From the NCBI RefSeq assembly GCF_000195955.2, contig NC_000962.3, positions 2,730,001 to 2,762,000 on the forward strand: DNA of 32,000 bases. Direction: 5' to 3'. A program made the position numbers and the translations under genes. The stretch comes from Mycobacterium tuberculosis H37Rv (GTDB lineage Bacteria; Actinomycetota; Actinomycetes; Mycobacteriales; Mycobacteriaceae). The notes under the pieces are model-generated. The model was not told the DNA's origin. It searched no databases and worked only from the letters and a program-made list of their open reading frames with translations. Below, piece after piece: positions 1 to 10,046 of the stretch (within the stretch, counting starts at the first letter, position 1; each line of letters opens with the position of its first letter).

Positions 1-560
1 GCTGTGGGTGTTTCCAACCAATCATCGATCCGAAAGGGCTGTTCGAACAGCATGAACAAGCCCGACACGATCTGGCCGACGGAGTTCTGCAGCATCAGGC
101 CGATGACGACTGACGTCACACCTAACGCGGCGAACAGTCCACCGACCCGCACCCCCCAGATGTAGGACAGGATCACCGCCAAACCTATGCCGATCAGCGC
201 GAAGCGCGCGACATCGACGAAGATGGCGGGTAGCCGCTTGCGCCAGCTCTGTTGGGGCGCACCCTGAAACAGGGTGGCATTCAGTAACGACAGCAGCAGC
301 ACCAGCACCAGAAATCCGAACGCTGTCGTGAGCACCCGCACGGTGGGGTCCTCGGCCGGGACTTCAGATGCCTTGACAAGCAGCAGCAAAACCGCGCCCA
401 GGGGTAGCAGGTAGTTTCGCAGCAGACTTGCCTGCCTGGCCAGATGGCTGTTCCGTCGGACGAGTATGTTGTGCAGTTCGGTGAGAACGATTAGCCCGGC
501 CGGCAATCCGATCGCAATGCCAACGGCCCAGTAGAACCATGTCGAGTCGAGCAGGTTCAT
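1..560 (-). CDS. MscS-family mechanosensitive ion channel / integral membrane protein, 5' part only (continues off the left edge)
   Basis: Minus-strand translation from ATG at 560-558 gives MNLLDSTWFYWAVGIAIGLPAGLIVL... and ends at the window edge with ...VTSVVIGLMLQNSVGQIVSGLFMLFEQPFRIDDWLETPT, which resembles the MscS pore/beta-domain junction. Start overlaps the upstream gene's stop (ATGA). Confidence 0.85.
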   Translation of the reverse strand, partial: MNLLDSTWFYWAVGIAIGLPAGLIVLTELHNILVRRNSHLARQASLLRNYLLPLGAVLLLLVKASEVPAEDPTVRVLTTAFGFLVLVLLLSLLNATLFQGAPQQSWRKRLPAIFVDVARFALIGIGLAVILSYIWGVRVGGLFAALGVTSVVIGLMLQNSVGQIVSGLFMLFEQPFRIDDWLETPT

Positions 561-2749
561 GATCGCTCCGACAATCGGTAGATCGGCTCTTCTAACCCTC
601 CGACAGAAATCGTGCCCGCAGCCGTGAACTGCCACACGTCTCGCATCGCCTCATACACCTGCGAGGTGACATAGATGCCGGGCTGTGGTGAACCGCTGTG
701 CATTTGGTAGGCCAGACTCACTGCCGCGCCCCACATGTCGTAGACGACACTTGATCTGCCGACCAGCCCGCTAATGACGTCCCCGGTGTTGATACCGACT
801 CGCAGGTGCAGATCGTTACCGGTTTGGCAATTGAACCGATCGACGATGCGCCGCATCTCTAGGGCGAAGTCGACGGTTCGGGGAATATTGTCCAGCCGTG
901 GCGTGGTTACCCCGCAACCGGCGAGATAGCCATTGTGCAGCGTGCGAATGCGTTCGACACCAAGGTGTTCGGCGGCCGAATCGAACTGGCGGACCAGCTC
1001 GTCGACAATTTTGACCAGTTCGTTACCCGACAGGCCGCTGGAAATCTCGTCGACACCCAGGATGTCGGCAAACAGGACGGTGACATCTTGGTGCTCCTGC
1101 GCAATGGTCTGCTCCCCAAGGCGGTACCGCTCGACAACTGGCTCGGGCATCATCGATAGCAATAACCGGTCGTTTTCCTTGCGTTGCTCGTTGAGCAGCT
1201 CCTCTTTGGTTTGCAGATTCCGACTCATCTCGTTGAAAGCGGCTGTAAGATCACCGATTTCGTCGCGTGACTTTACCGGAATGTTGACTTCGTAGTCGCC
1301 TGCGCTGATCTTCTGGGTGCCAACCTCGAGCCGCCGGATTGGCCGCACCATCGCATGGGCGATCAGCATCGACGCCACACAGATGACGACAATGATGCCA
1401 ACTGTAACCAGCACAAGCGCCCTGCTGAACGACGCGACGGCCGCGAACGCCTCAGAATCGTTCCGCGTTGCCAGGATCGACCAGTGCAGATCGGAGTCCG
1501 GCACATTCAGCGGCGCGTAGGCCTCCAGTTCCCTGCTACCCGTGTAGTCGGTGGAGGTGACGGTTCCGGTCTGTCCGCGTTGGGCGGCGCGCAGTCCTTC
1601 GGTCGCAACAGGCTGCAGCAGCGTCGTCCCACCGAACTGGATCGCTCTGTTGACCACATCAAGTGACGTGCCTGCTGCCACAACCTGTTTCCGGTATTCC
1701 TCCGGGTCTTGCAGGAAGAGCCGAGAATCGGACCGCATCAGACTGTCCGGACCGGCGAGATAGGTTTCCGTCCCACTACCCATGCCAGCCGCTTGCCATT
1801 GCCTGTCGGCGGTCATGATCTTATTGATCTTGTCGATCGGCAACGGCAGCGCCAAAACGCCCTGAGTTTTGCCGCCCGCTTCGACCGGTGCCACCAACCA
1901 CGCGGTCGGCACGCCGAGTTGAGGCTGATACGGCTTGAAGTCGGTAATCCAGGTAAAGTCGACGGCGTTGGCGCCCAACGCTTTAAGGTAGGCGTCACGC
2001 AGATTGGATTCGCGATACGGCCCGGTCAGAATGTTGGTACCGAGGTCGGGGTCCTTGCTCAGGGTATAGACGATATTGCCCCGGGTGTCCAGCAATACCG
2101 CGTCGTCGTAATCGAACCGGGTGACGATTTCCCGGAAATAGCTGTTGAATTGCGCGTTGGCGGCCGACCATGCACTGCCGTCGCCGGCATCGTCCAGCCG
2201 CATCGCATCTTGGTCCGACGTGAATGGTGCAGTGTAGTACGCCTGAAGATACCTTTGGGCCGGAGAAGTCGGCAGCAGCGCGGTGATGTCGAGTTTATCG
2301 CCGGTCGTGCGTTCGACGGGTGTGATGAATTCGTTGTTGTAGTAGTTGACGATCGCCTGTTGTTGGGCGGGGCTGATCGTGGCGTCAGCCAGCTGGTCAA
2401 AGCCGGCCGTGAACCGCACGACGGCATCGACAACCGTGAGTCCACGTTCGTAAATGACCAGCGAATTCGTCAGGTCAGAAAATAGTGTCTCAACTGCCCG
2501 CTTCTGCGACTCGCGCAACTGGGTCAACCGCTCGTAGGCGGCTGCTCTTAGCGAAGTGCGACCAGATTGATAGACAATGGCCGCAATCGCCGCGACGGAC
2601 ACGATACTCGTCAACAGCAGCAGCACCATGAGCTTGGACTGGATGCTGGCCCGGAAACGCGGCCGACGCCGGAGCACATTCTTATGGCGCTTCTTAGCCG
2701 GGGTGGATTCACTCTCGGCTACCGAGTCCAGTGCCTCACCCGACGTCAA
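557..2749 (-). CDS. Membrane receptor-like protein: N-terminal TM, extracellular Cache-like sensor, second TM, HAMP, divergent class III nucleotide cyclase domain
   Basis: 730 aa ORF with TTG start. HAMP-like segment (AHAMVRPIRRLEVGTQKISAGDYEVNIPVKSRDEIGDLTAAFNEMSRNL) followed by a cyclase domain (VTVLFADILG...LHLRVGINTGDVISGLVG...YDMWGAAVSLAYQM). Corresponds to Rv2435c from memory. Confidence 0.92.
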   Translation of the reverse strand: MTSGEALDSVAESESTPAKKRHKNVLRRRPRFRASIQSKLMVLLLLTSIVSVAAIAAIVYQSGRTSLRAAAYERLTQLRESQKRAVETLFSDLTNSLVIYERGLTVVDAVVRFTAGFDQLADATISPAQQQAIVNYYNNEFITPVERTTGDKLDITALLPTSPAQRYLQAYYTAPFTSDQDAMRLDDAGDGSAWSAANAQFNSYFREIVTRFDYDDAVLLDTRGNIVYTLSKDPDLGTNILTGPYRESNLRDAYLKALGANAVDFTWITDFKPYQPQLGVPTAWLVAPVEAGGKTQGVLALPLPIDKINKIMTADRQWQAAGMGSGTETYLAGPDSLMRSDSRLFLQDPEEYRKQVVAAGTSLDVVNRAIQFGGTTLLQPVATEGLRAAQRGQTGTVTSTDYTGSRELEAYAPLNVPDSDLHWSILATRNDSEAFAAVASFSRALVLVTVGIIVVICVASMLIAHAMVRPIRRLEVGTQKISAGDYEVNIPVKSRDEIGDLTAAFNEMSRNLQTKEELLNEQRKENDRLLLSMMPEPVVERYRLGEQTIAQEHQDVTVLFADILGVDEISSGLSGNELVKIVDELVRQFDSAAEHLGVERIRTLHNGYLAGCGVTTPRLDNIPRTVDFALEMRRIVDRFNCQTGNDLHLRVGINTGDVISGLVGRSSVVYDMWGAAVSLAYQMHSGSPQPGIYVTSQVYEAMRDVWQFTAAGTISVGGLEEPIYRLSERS

Positions 2750-3229
2750 CCGGCTTCCCCTCTGCTGTCGGTCGCAGGCTGCTCTACGACGCGCCGATTA
2801 CGCAGCAGACTAACGTGCCCAGCCCACGATCATCGCGTTTGCCGAAAAGCCACCAGCGACCAATCGAGGAATGCGCCGCGTACGGGTCCTCGTCATCGTC
2901 CTCGTCGCGCACGCGCTTCTTGAGGGGTGGTAGCGATTGGTTCTGGGTGGTCCGTAATCGAGGTGAGCCAGGATAGCTCGGCCGTATCGCAATGTTCAGC
3001 GAGTCGATGGATCAACACATGCCCCGGCACCGGCAACCGCTGCGGAGTGGTCAACGCATCAAACGACGACGCACTCAGACCATCGACCGACAGCATCGAG
3101 CCGGTCCAGCATCCCGACCACCCGTCCCGATCCGCAAGCATGTTCGAATACTGGGACGCGCCACCGACAGGACACCCACTGATACCCTTGGGACAAAAGT
3201 GACACAAGTGATTTCAGCCAACAGCAAGC

Positions 3230-4144
3230 ATGGCAAACGCCAGTGAGACTAACGTCGGCCCCATGGCGCCCCGGGTGTGCGTGGTAGGCAGCGTGAACAT
3301 GGACCTGACGTTCGTGGTGGACGCGCTTCCGCGCCCCGGCGAGACGGTGCTTGCGGCGTCGTTGACCCGAACGCCAGGCGGGAAGGGCGCCAACCAGGCG
3401 GTGGCCGCAGCGCGCGCAGGCGCGCAGGTACAGTTCTCCGGTGCATTCGGCGACGATCCAGCCGCCGCCCAGCTGCGGGCCCACCTGCGCGCCAACGCCG
3501 TTGGACTGGACAGGACCGTCACGGTGCCCGGACCGAGCGGGACGGCGATTATCGTGGTCGATGCCAGCGCCGAGAACACCGTGCTGGTGGCGCCGGGTGC
3601 CAATGCACATCTGACTCCGGTACCCTCGGCCGTCGCCAACTGCGATGTACTGTTGACCCAGTTGGAGATTCCTGTTGCAACCGCGCTGGCAGCCGCGCGG
3701 GCAGCCCAGTCGGCCGATGCGGTTGTCATGGTCAACGCCTCCCCAGCCGGCCAGGATCGAAGCTCCTTGCAGGACTTGGCCGCTATCGCCGACGTGGTGA
3801 TCGCCAACGAGCATGAGGCAAACGACTGGCCGTCGCCACCAACACATTTCGTGATCACCCTGGGTGTGCGCGGTGCCCGGTACGTCGGCGCGGACGGGGT
3901 GTTCGAGGTACCCGCCCCAACGGTAACGCCAGTGGATACCGCCGGCGCCGGCGACGTATTTGCCGGGGTCCTTGCTGCGAATTGGCCGCGCAACCCAGGT
4001 TCGCCGGCCGAGCGACTGCGCGCATTGCGGCGGGCCTGCGCTGCGGGTGCGCTGGCAACTTTGGTGTCCGGTGTCGGCGACTGCGCACCGGCCGCCGCCG
4101 CGATCGATGCGGCCCTGCGAGCCAACCGCCACAACGGTTCATGA
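3230..4144 (+). CDS. rbsK: PfkB-family sugar kinase, probable ribokinase
   Basis: 304 aa ORF with the N-terminal motif GSVNMDLTFVVDALPRPGETVLA....PGGKGANQAVAAARAG and C-terminal DTAGAGDVFAGVLAA, diagnostic of the PfkB family. Confidence 0.95.
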   Translation: MANASETNVGPMAPRVCVVGSVNMDLTFVVDALPRPGETVLAASLTRTPGGKGANQAVAAARAGAQVQFSGAFGDDPAAAQLRAHLRANAVGLDRTVTVPGPSGTAIIVVDASAENTVLVAPGANAHLTPVPSAVANCDVLLTQLEIPVATALAAARAAQSADAVVMVNASPAGQDRSSLQDLAAIADVVIANEHEANDWPSPPTHFVITLGVRGARYVGADGVFEVPAPTVTPVDTAGAGDVFAGVLAANWPRNPGSPAERLRALRRACAAGALATLVSGVGDCAPAAAAIDAALRANRHNGS

Positions 4145-4174
4145 CCACTGCTACGCACCGAAGGAGACCCGCTG

Positions 4175-4795
4175 ATGCGAACGACCACCGCGGCCGACTT
4201 AGCGCTGGCACTCTTCGCGGTTTTCAGTGTGGTCGGATTCGGCTGACGCAGTTGGCTGCAGCACCGACGCACCGGATCCACCGGCTTTCGCGGCGTCAGC
4301 GGCCGGGTCGGTTCGCTGGAGTGGATTACCGGGACGTGCTTTGTCATCGCCCTGATCGTGACGGTGGTCGCTGCGGTGCTGCAGCGGACCAACGTTGTCC
4401 AACCGCTGAATACTCTGCGCATGGTCTGGATTCAGGTTGCCGGCATAATCCCGGCGACGGCCGGGATCGCGGCCACGGTTTACGCCCAGCTTGCGATGGG
4501 CGATTCGTGGCGGATCGGGGTGGACGAGCAGGAGAACACCACTCTGGTGCGCACCGGCCCGTTTAAATGGGTGCGTCACCCCATCTACACGGCCATGATG
4601 GCGTTTGGCCTCGGGCTGTTGCTGGTGACTCCGAATCTCGTTGCCCTCGCCGGGTTTATCCTGCTCGTTGCCACGCTCGAGGTGCATGTCCGCCGCGTCG
4701 AAGAACCCTACCTGTTGCGGACGCACAGTGCCGTCTACCGCGGCTACACCGCCAGCGTCGGCCGGTTCGTCCCGGGTGTGGGGTTGATCCGCTAG
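4175..4795 (+). pseudogene. Isoprenylcysteine carboxyl methyltransferase-like membrane protein interrupted by in-frame TGA at 4244-4246; the intact downstream ORF is 4358-4795
   Basis: Conceptual translation from ATG 4175: MRTTTAADLALALFAVFSVVGFG*RSWLQHRRTGSTGFRGVSGRVGSLEWITGTCFVIALIVTVVAAVLQRTN... (residues around the stop hand-translated) in one frame through the TGA to the TAG at 4793-4795. AAGGAG at 4161-4166 precedes the upstream ATG. C-terminal motifs GPFKWVRHPIYTAM and RVEEPYLLRTHSAVYRGYTASVGRFVPGVG fit this methyltransferase family. Confidence 0.72.
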
Positions 4796-6831
4796 CCCTT
4801 GGGCACCTCACGGTCGATCTGATCGAGCCAGATTCGCGCTGACATATCCGACGGGGCCCGCCAATCCCCACGCGGCGACAACGCGCCCCCGTGGGACACC
4901 TTGGGGCCGTTGGGCAATGCCGAACGCTTGAACTGGCTAAACGAATAAAACCGCTGGACGAAAATCTGCAGCCAATGCCGGATTTCGGCCAATGAATAGG
5001 ACGGGCGTTCGCTCTTTGGGAAGCCGGGCGGCCAGTTGCCCCGCTCCGCATCGTTCCACGCATGCCAGGCCAAAAACGCAATCTTCGACGGGCGAAATCC
5101 GTAGCGCAGTACCTGAAAAAGCGAAAAGTCCTGTAGGGCGAAAGGTCCGACCTTGGCCTCGCTGCTCTGCAGCTCCTCCTCGCCGGTCGGAATGAGTTCG
5201 GGGGTGATCTCGGTGTCGAGCACCGACTGCAATACCTCACCCACCTTCTCACCGAACTCACCCGCCGAAATGACCCACCGGATCAGGTGCTGGATCAGCG
5301 TCTTGGGCACACCGGCGTTGACGTTGTAGTGCGACATCTGGTCGCCGACACCGTATGTCGACCAACCCAGTGCCAGCTCCGACAGGTCCCCGGTGCCCAG
5401 TACGATTCCCCCGCGCTGGTTGGCGATACGGAAAAGATAGTCGGTGCGCAACCCGGCCTGGACGTTCTCGAAGGTGACGTCGTACACTTTTTCGCCAACC
5501 GAATACGGATGGCCGATTGTGTGCAGCATCAACCGAGCGGTGTCGCCGATATCGATTTCGGAGAAGGTAACCCCCAGCGCACGTGCCAGCTTGATCGCGT
5601 TGTTCTTAGTGTGCTCCCCGGTGGCGAATCCGGGCAACGCAAACGCCAGAATGTCGCTGCGCGGCCGGCCCTCGCGGTCCATGGCATGGGTCGCGACGAT
5701 CAGCGCGTGCGTCGAGTCCAATCCCCCGGACACACCGATAACGACCTTCGGATAGTCCAGCGCCCGCAACCGTTGCTCGAGTCCAGACACCTGGATGTTG
5801 TAGGCCTCGTAGCAATCCTGTTGCAATCGTTGCGGATCGGCCGGAACGAACGGGAACCGCTCGACCTCGCGCAGCAGTCCGATGTCGCCTGCCGGTGGGT
5901 CGAGTGCGAAGTCGATGCGCCGGAACGATTCCGTTAACTCCCGGTGGTGACGCCGGTTGTCGTCGAACGTGCCCATCCGCAGCCGCTCCGACCGAAGCAA
6001 CTCGGTGTCAACGTCGGCGACACTGCGGCGCACTCCTTTGGGGAAACGTTCGGACTCCGCGAGCAGTGCGCCATTCTCCCAGATCATCGTCTGACCGTCC
6101 CAGGCCAGGTCCGTCGTTGACTCCCCCTCCCCCGCGGCGGCATAGACATAGGCAGCCAGACACCGCGCCGACGCCGAGCGCGCAAGCAGCCGGCGGTCCT
6201 CGGCACGGCCGATGGTGATCGGGCTGCCGGACAGATTCGCCAGCACCGTCGCGCCCGCCAGGGCCGCCTCGGCGCTGGGCGGCATCGGCACAAACATGTC
6301 CTCGCAGATCTCCACATGCAACACAAAGCCGGGTAGATCTGACGCGGCGAACAACAGGTCCGTGCCGAAGGCCACGTCGGCGCCACCGATGCGGATCGTG
6401 CCCCGCTCCCCGTCTCCGGGCGCCATCTGGCGCCGCTCGTAGAACTCGCGATAGGTGGGTAGATACGACTTGGGCACCACGCCGAGCACGGCGCCGCGGT
6501 GAATGACGACCGCGGTGTTGTAGATGCGGTGTCGATGCCGCAGCGGAGCCCCGACCACCAGTACAGGTAACAGGTCGGCGGATTCGGTCACCAGGTCGAG
6601 CAGCGCGTCCTCGACGGCATCGAGCAGAGAGTCCTGCAGTAGTACGTCCTCGATGGAGTAGCCCGACAGCGTCAGCTCAGGAAAGACCGCCAACGCTGCG
6701 CCATCGTCGTGGCACGCACGGGCCATGTCCAATACCGACGCGGCGTTGGCCGCCGGGTCACCGATGGTGGTGTGGTGAGTGCAGGCGGCAACGCGCACGA
6801 ACCCGTGCTGGTAGGCGGAGTAAAAGTTCAT
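4792..6831 (-). CDS. nadE: Glutamine-dependent NAD+ synthetase (nitrilase-type amidase domain + NAD synthase domain)
   Basis: ORF extends to 7008, but conserved sequence starts at internal MNFYSAYQHGFVRVAACTH (6831), giving 679 aa. Contains the amidohydrolase segment and the NadE P-loop-like VVIGVSGGLDSTHALIVA. Confidence 0.95.
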   Translation of the reverse strand: MNFYSAYQHGFVRVAACTHHTTIGDPAANAASVLDMARACHDDGAALAVFPELTLSGYSIEDVLLQDSLLDAVEDALLDLVTESADLLPVLVVGAPLRHRHRIYNTAVVIHRGAVLGVVPKSYLPTYREFYERRQMAPGDGERGTIRIGGADVAFGTDLLFAASDLPGFVLHVEICEDMFVPMPPSAEAALAGATVLANLSGSPITIGRAEDRRLLARSASARCLAAYVYAAAGEGESTTDLAWDGQTMIWENGALLAESERFPKGVRRSVADVDTELLRSERLRMGTFDDNRRHHRELTESFRRIDFALDPPAGDIGLLREVERFPFVPADPQRLQQDCYEAYNIQVSGLEQRLRALDYPKVVIGVSGGLDSTHALIVATHAMDREGRPRSDILAFALPGFATGEHTKNNAIKLARALGVTFSEIDIGDTARLMLHTIGHPYSVGEKVYDVTFENVQAGLRTDYLFRIANQRGGIVLGTGDLSELALGWSTYGVGDQMSHYNVNAGVPKTLIQHLIRWVISAGEFGEKVGEVLQSVLDTEITPELIPTGEEELQSSEAKVGPFALQDFSLFQVLRYGFRPSKIAFLAWHAWNDAERGNWPPGFPKSERPSYSLAEIRHWLQIFVQRFYSFSQFKRSALPNGPKVSHGGALSPRGDWRAPSDMSARIWLDQIDREVPKG

Positions 6832-7116
6832 CGTCCTTTCATTGTCGCCCAGCGACGTCAGAACGCCCGAATCACCCGCCGAGTATCCACGCTCGACACC
6901 GTGGAATCCCCCGCGCTGCTGGCAGATGGCGGCATTGACCGGCGTGGGGATGCTACCGACTGGGCCGCTGCCGACCCTGGGCCCTGATTGGCCGCCGAGC
7001 AGTCCCATGACGATCCGCTAGTTCACCTCGGATACCCGCTCGGCCGCAATGCGCAGCTAGCGGCCATGTTGATCGAAATCATTTGGGGTACACCGCATCT
7101 CGGAGCAATATGGTAG

Positions 7117-8247
7117 CTAAACTTGCTTAGCTTGCTTCGCCGACACCGCGACCAGATCGTCGGCGTGCACCACCGGGCGGCGCAGCTCGCCGGGTAGCTC
7201 AGAGGTGGACCGGCCCACCATGGTGGCCAGCTCGGACGCGTCGTAGGCAACCACCCCGCGGGCTACCATGGCCGCGTCGGGTGCACGCAGTTCGACCACA
7301 TCGCCGCCGCAAAACCGGCCGGACACCGCGGTGATACCCGCCGCCAGCAGTGACCGGCGTTGTCGCACCACAGCGCGCACCGCACCGGCGTCGAGAGTCA
7401 GTGCGCCGGTTGCTTCGGCGGCATAACGCACCCAGAACCGCCGGGCCGACAGACGCGCGGGCCGGGCCGCAAACACCGTGCCCACCGACGCGTCGGCGAG
7501 CGCGGTCGCGGCGTCGGCCGCGGGGGCCAGCAGTACCGGCACCCCGGCGTCGGCGGCCAACAGCGCCGCCGCCACCTTGGACGCCATGCCGCCAGTACCC
7601 AGGTGGCTACTGCGGCCGGCGACCACACCGTCCAGATCCGCCGGCCCGGACACCTCCGGAATGAACGTCGCGTCCGCGGTTTTGCGCGGGTCGCAGTCGT
7701 AGAGGCCGTCGATGTCCGACAGCAGCACCAAAGCGTCGGCGCCGACCAGGTGCGCCACCAGTGCAGACAGCCGATCGTTGTCACCGAACCGGATCTCGTT
7801 GGTGGCCACGGTGTCGTTCTCGTTGACAATCGCCACCGCGTGCAACGCGCGCAGCCGATCCAGCGTGCGTTGGGCGTTGGTGTGCTGCACCCGCATCGAA
7901 ATGTCGTGCGCGGTCAGCAGCACCTGGCCCACCGTGCGGCCGTAGCGGGCGAACGCCGCGCTCCACGAGTTCACCAGCGCGACCTGCCCGACGCTGGCCG
8001 CCGCCTGCTTGGTCGCCAGATCTTTGGGACGACGGGACAGCCCGAGCGGCTCGATGCCGGCGGCGATGGCGCCCGAAGACACGATGACGACGTCGGAACC
8101 CGCCTTCATCCGCCGCTCGACCGCCTCGGCCAGTCCGGCCAGCCGGCCGGCATCGAACATCCCGGACGGTGTGGTAAGCGCCGTGGTCCCGACCTTCACG
8201 ACAAGGCCGCGCGCGGTCCGGATTGCGTCCCGATGCGGACTTCTCAT
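7117..8247 (-). CDS. proB: Glutamate 5-kinase
   Basis: 376 aa ORF ([17 protein letters not shown]..., [37 protein letters not shown]) with C-terminal PUA-like region. Start overlaps the obg stop by ATGA at 8244-8247 region. Confidence 0.95.
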   Translation of the reverse strand: MRSPHRDAIRTARGLVVKVGTTALTTPSGMFDAGRLAGLAEAVERRMKAGSDVVIVSSGAIAAGIEPLGLSRRPKDLATKQAAASVGQVALVNSWSAAFARYGRTVGQVLLTAHDISMRVQHTNAQRTLDRLRALHAVAIVNENDTVATNEIRFGDNDRLSALVAHLVGADALVLLSDIDGLYDCDPRKTADATFIPEVSGPADLDGVVAGRSSHLGTGGMASKVAAALLAADAGVPVLLAPAADAATALADASVGTVFAARPARLSARRFWVRYAAEATGALTLDAGAVRAVVRQRRSLLAAGITAVSGRFCGGDVVELRAPDAAMVARGVVAYDASELATMVGRSTSELPGELRRPVVHADDLVAVSAKQAKQV

Positions 8248-9686
8248 CAGCCATCCCCGTGTTCGCGACGCCGACTCCGAGCGGCCTTTCGCTCGGCCGC
8301 GCCCACCCGCTTGTTGCTGTCCAGCCGCGGATCGGTGCCCCGGCCGGACATCGCGACCGGCTCACCCGCAGGCGTTTGCGGCTCCCAATCGAACGTCATC
8401 TCGCCGATGGTCACCGCGCATCCTGACCGCGCACCCAGCCTCAGCAATTCCTCCTCGACACCCAGGCGCGCCAGCCGGTCGGCGAGATAGCCGACGGCCT
8501 CGTCGTTGTCGAAGTTGGTCTGGTCAATCCAACGCTCGGGCCGGGCACCGCTGACGACAAAGCCACCATGCCCGTCGGGTTCGACGGTAAAACCGCTGTC
8601 GTCCACCGGAATCGGACGAATCACCGGCCGCCGTGGCACCGCCACCGGCCGCGCAGCGTTGTAGTCCGAGATCATCTGCGACAGCCCAAAGATCAACGGC
8701 TGCAGGTTTTCCCGGGTTGCGGTCGACACGCAGAACACCGGCCAGCCGCGCTGGGCGATGTCGTCACGGACGAACTCCGCGAGCTCGCGGGCCTCCGGCA
8801 CATCGATTTTGTTGAGGACCACCGCACGCGGCCGTGCGGCGAGATCGCCCAGAGCCGCGTCCCCTTGCAGCGTGGGCGTGTAGCACGCGAGTTCCGTTTC
8901 CAGCGCGTCGATGTCCGAGATGGGGTCGCGGCCCGGCTCGGCGGTAGCGCAATCCACCACATGCACCAGTACAGCGCAGCGCTCGATGTGCCGCAGAAAG
9001 TCCAGCCCCAGACCACGGCCCCGGGATGCGCCCGGGATCAACCCCGGCACGTCGGCGACGGTGAACGCGTGCTCGCCAGCCGAGACCACACCGAGGTTGG
9101 GCACCAGGGTGGTGAACGGGTAGTCGGCGATCTTCGGCTTGGCCGCCGAAATCGCCGACACCAGCGAGGATTTTCCGGCCGACGGAAACCCGACCAGGCC
9201 GACGTCGGCGACGGTCTTGAGTTCCAAGGTGAGGTCTCGGGACTGTCCCTTTTCGCCGAGGAGTGCGAAACCGGGGGCCTTACGCACGCGGGAAGCCAGC
9301 GCGGCGTTGCCCAAACCGCCACGGCCTCCGGCGGCGGCTTCAAAGCGGGTGCCCGCGCCGACCAGGTCGGCCAGTAGCCGGCCGTTCTCGTCCAATACCA
9401 CGGTGCCTTCGGGAACTTTCACTTCCAAATCCGCGCCGGCGGCCCCGTCGCGGTTATTGCCCATCCCGTGCTTGCCCGAAGCCGCGGTGAGATGCGGGCG
9501 GAAATGGAAGTCGAGCAGGGTGTGCACTTGCGGATCGACGACGAAGACGATGCTGCCGCCCCGGCCGCCATTTCCGCCATCGGGGCCGCCCAGCGGCTTG
9601 AATTTCTCGCGATGGACCGAAGCGCAGCCGTTACCGCCCGAACCCGCTCTGGTGTGGATGACGACCCGATCGACAAACCGAGGCAC
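8247..9686 (-). CDS. obg: Obg/CgtA-family ribosome-associated GTPase
   Basis: Gly-rich Obg fold ([41 protein letters not shown]) and G1 motif [11 protein letters not shown]. Probable GTG start at 9686 (PRFVDRV...); the ORF itself extends to 9701. Confidence 0.96.
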
Positions 9687-9771
9687 CGAGCTCCCCTTCA
9701 TCTGCGGAGTGTGCAGCTACTGCGGGTTTTGCCCCTCGTGAATCTTCGCAGTGGGCGCACACGCGCGACGC

Positions 9772-10032
9772 TCAGGCAGTGGTCGAACCGACGATGCTCA
9801 CCGTCTTACGTCCGCGTTTGATGCCGAACTCGACCGCCCCGGCCGTCTTGGCGAACAAGGTGTCATCGCCGCCACGCCCGACGTTGACGCCGGGATGGAA
9901 TTTGGTACCGCGCTGGCGGACCAGGATCTCGCCGGCCTTGACGACCTGGCCGCCGTACCGCTTAACCCCCAGCCGCTGGGCGGCGGAATCGCGACCGTTG
10001 CGCGAGCTGGAAGCCCCCTTCTTGTGTGCCAT
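9772..10032 (-). CDS. rpmA: 50S ribosomal protein L27
   Basis: 86 aa, [48 protein letters not shown], canonical bL27. Confidence 0.98.
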
Positions 10033-10046
10033 GTCTGTCGCCTCCG

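Noticed and set aside
1709-2485. 258-aa plus-strand ORF opposite the cyclase-like gene
   Set aside because: Mirror-frame artefact opposite a well-supported sensor domain.
4244-4246. Selenocysteine insertion at the in-frame TGA
   Set aside because: No nearby SECIS-like evidence was identified, the family does not have a known selenocysteine at this site, and a nonsense mutation is simpler. Ordinary readthrough remains testable.
3214-4422. 402-aa and 357-aa minus-strand ORFs opposite rbsK
   Set aside because: They are antisense shadows of a clear PfkB kinase; low-complexity Arg/Ala/Ser-rich translations.
6832-7008. 59-residue N-terminal extension of nadE
   Set aside because: Conserved NadE sequence begins at MNFYSAYQHGFVRVA; the extension lacks conserved features, so the shorter start is preferred.
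7100-7145. Short direct repeat AAGCAAGCTAAGCAAG at the proB 3' end
   Set aside because: It encodes the AKQAKQ C-terminus and is too short to support a separate element.
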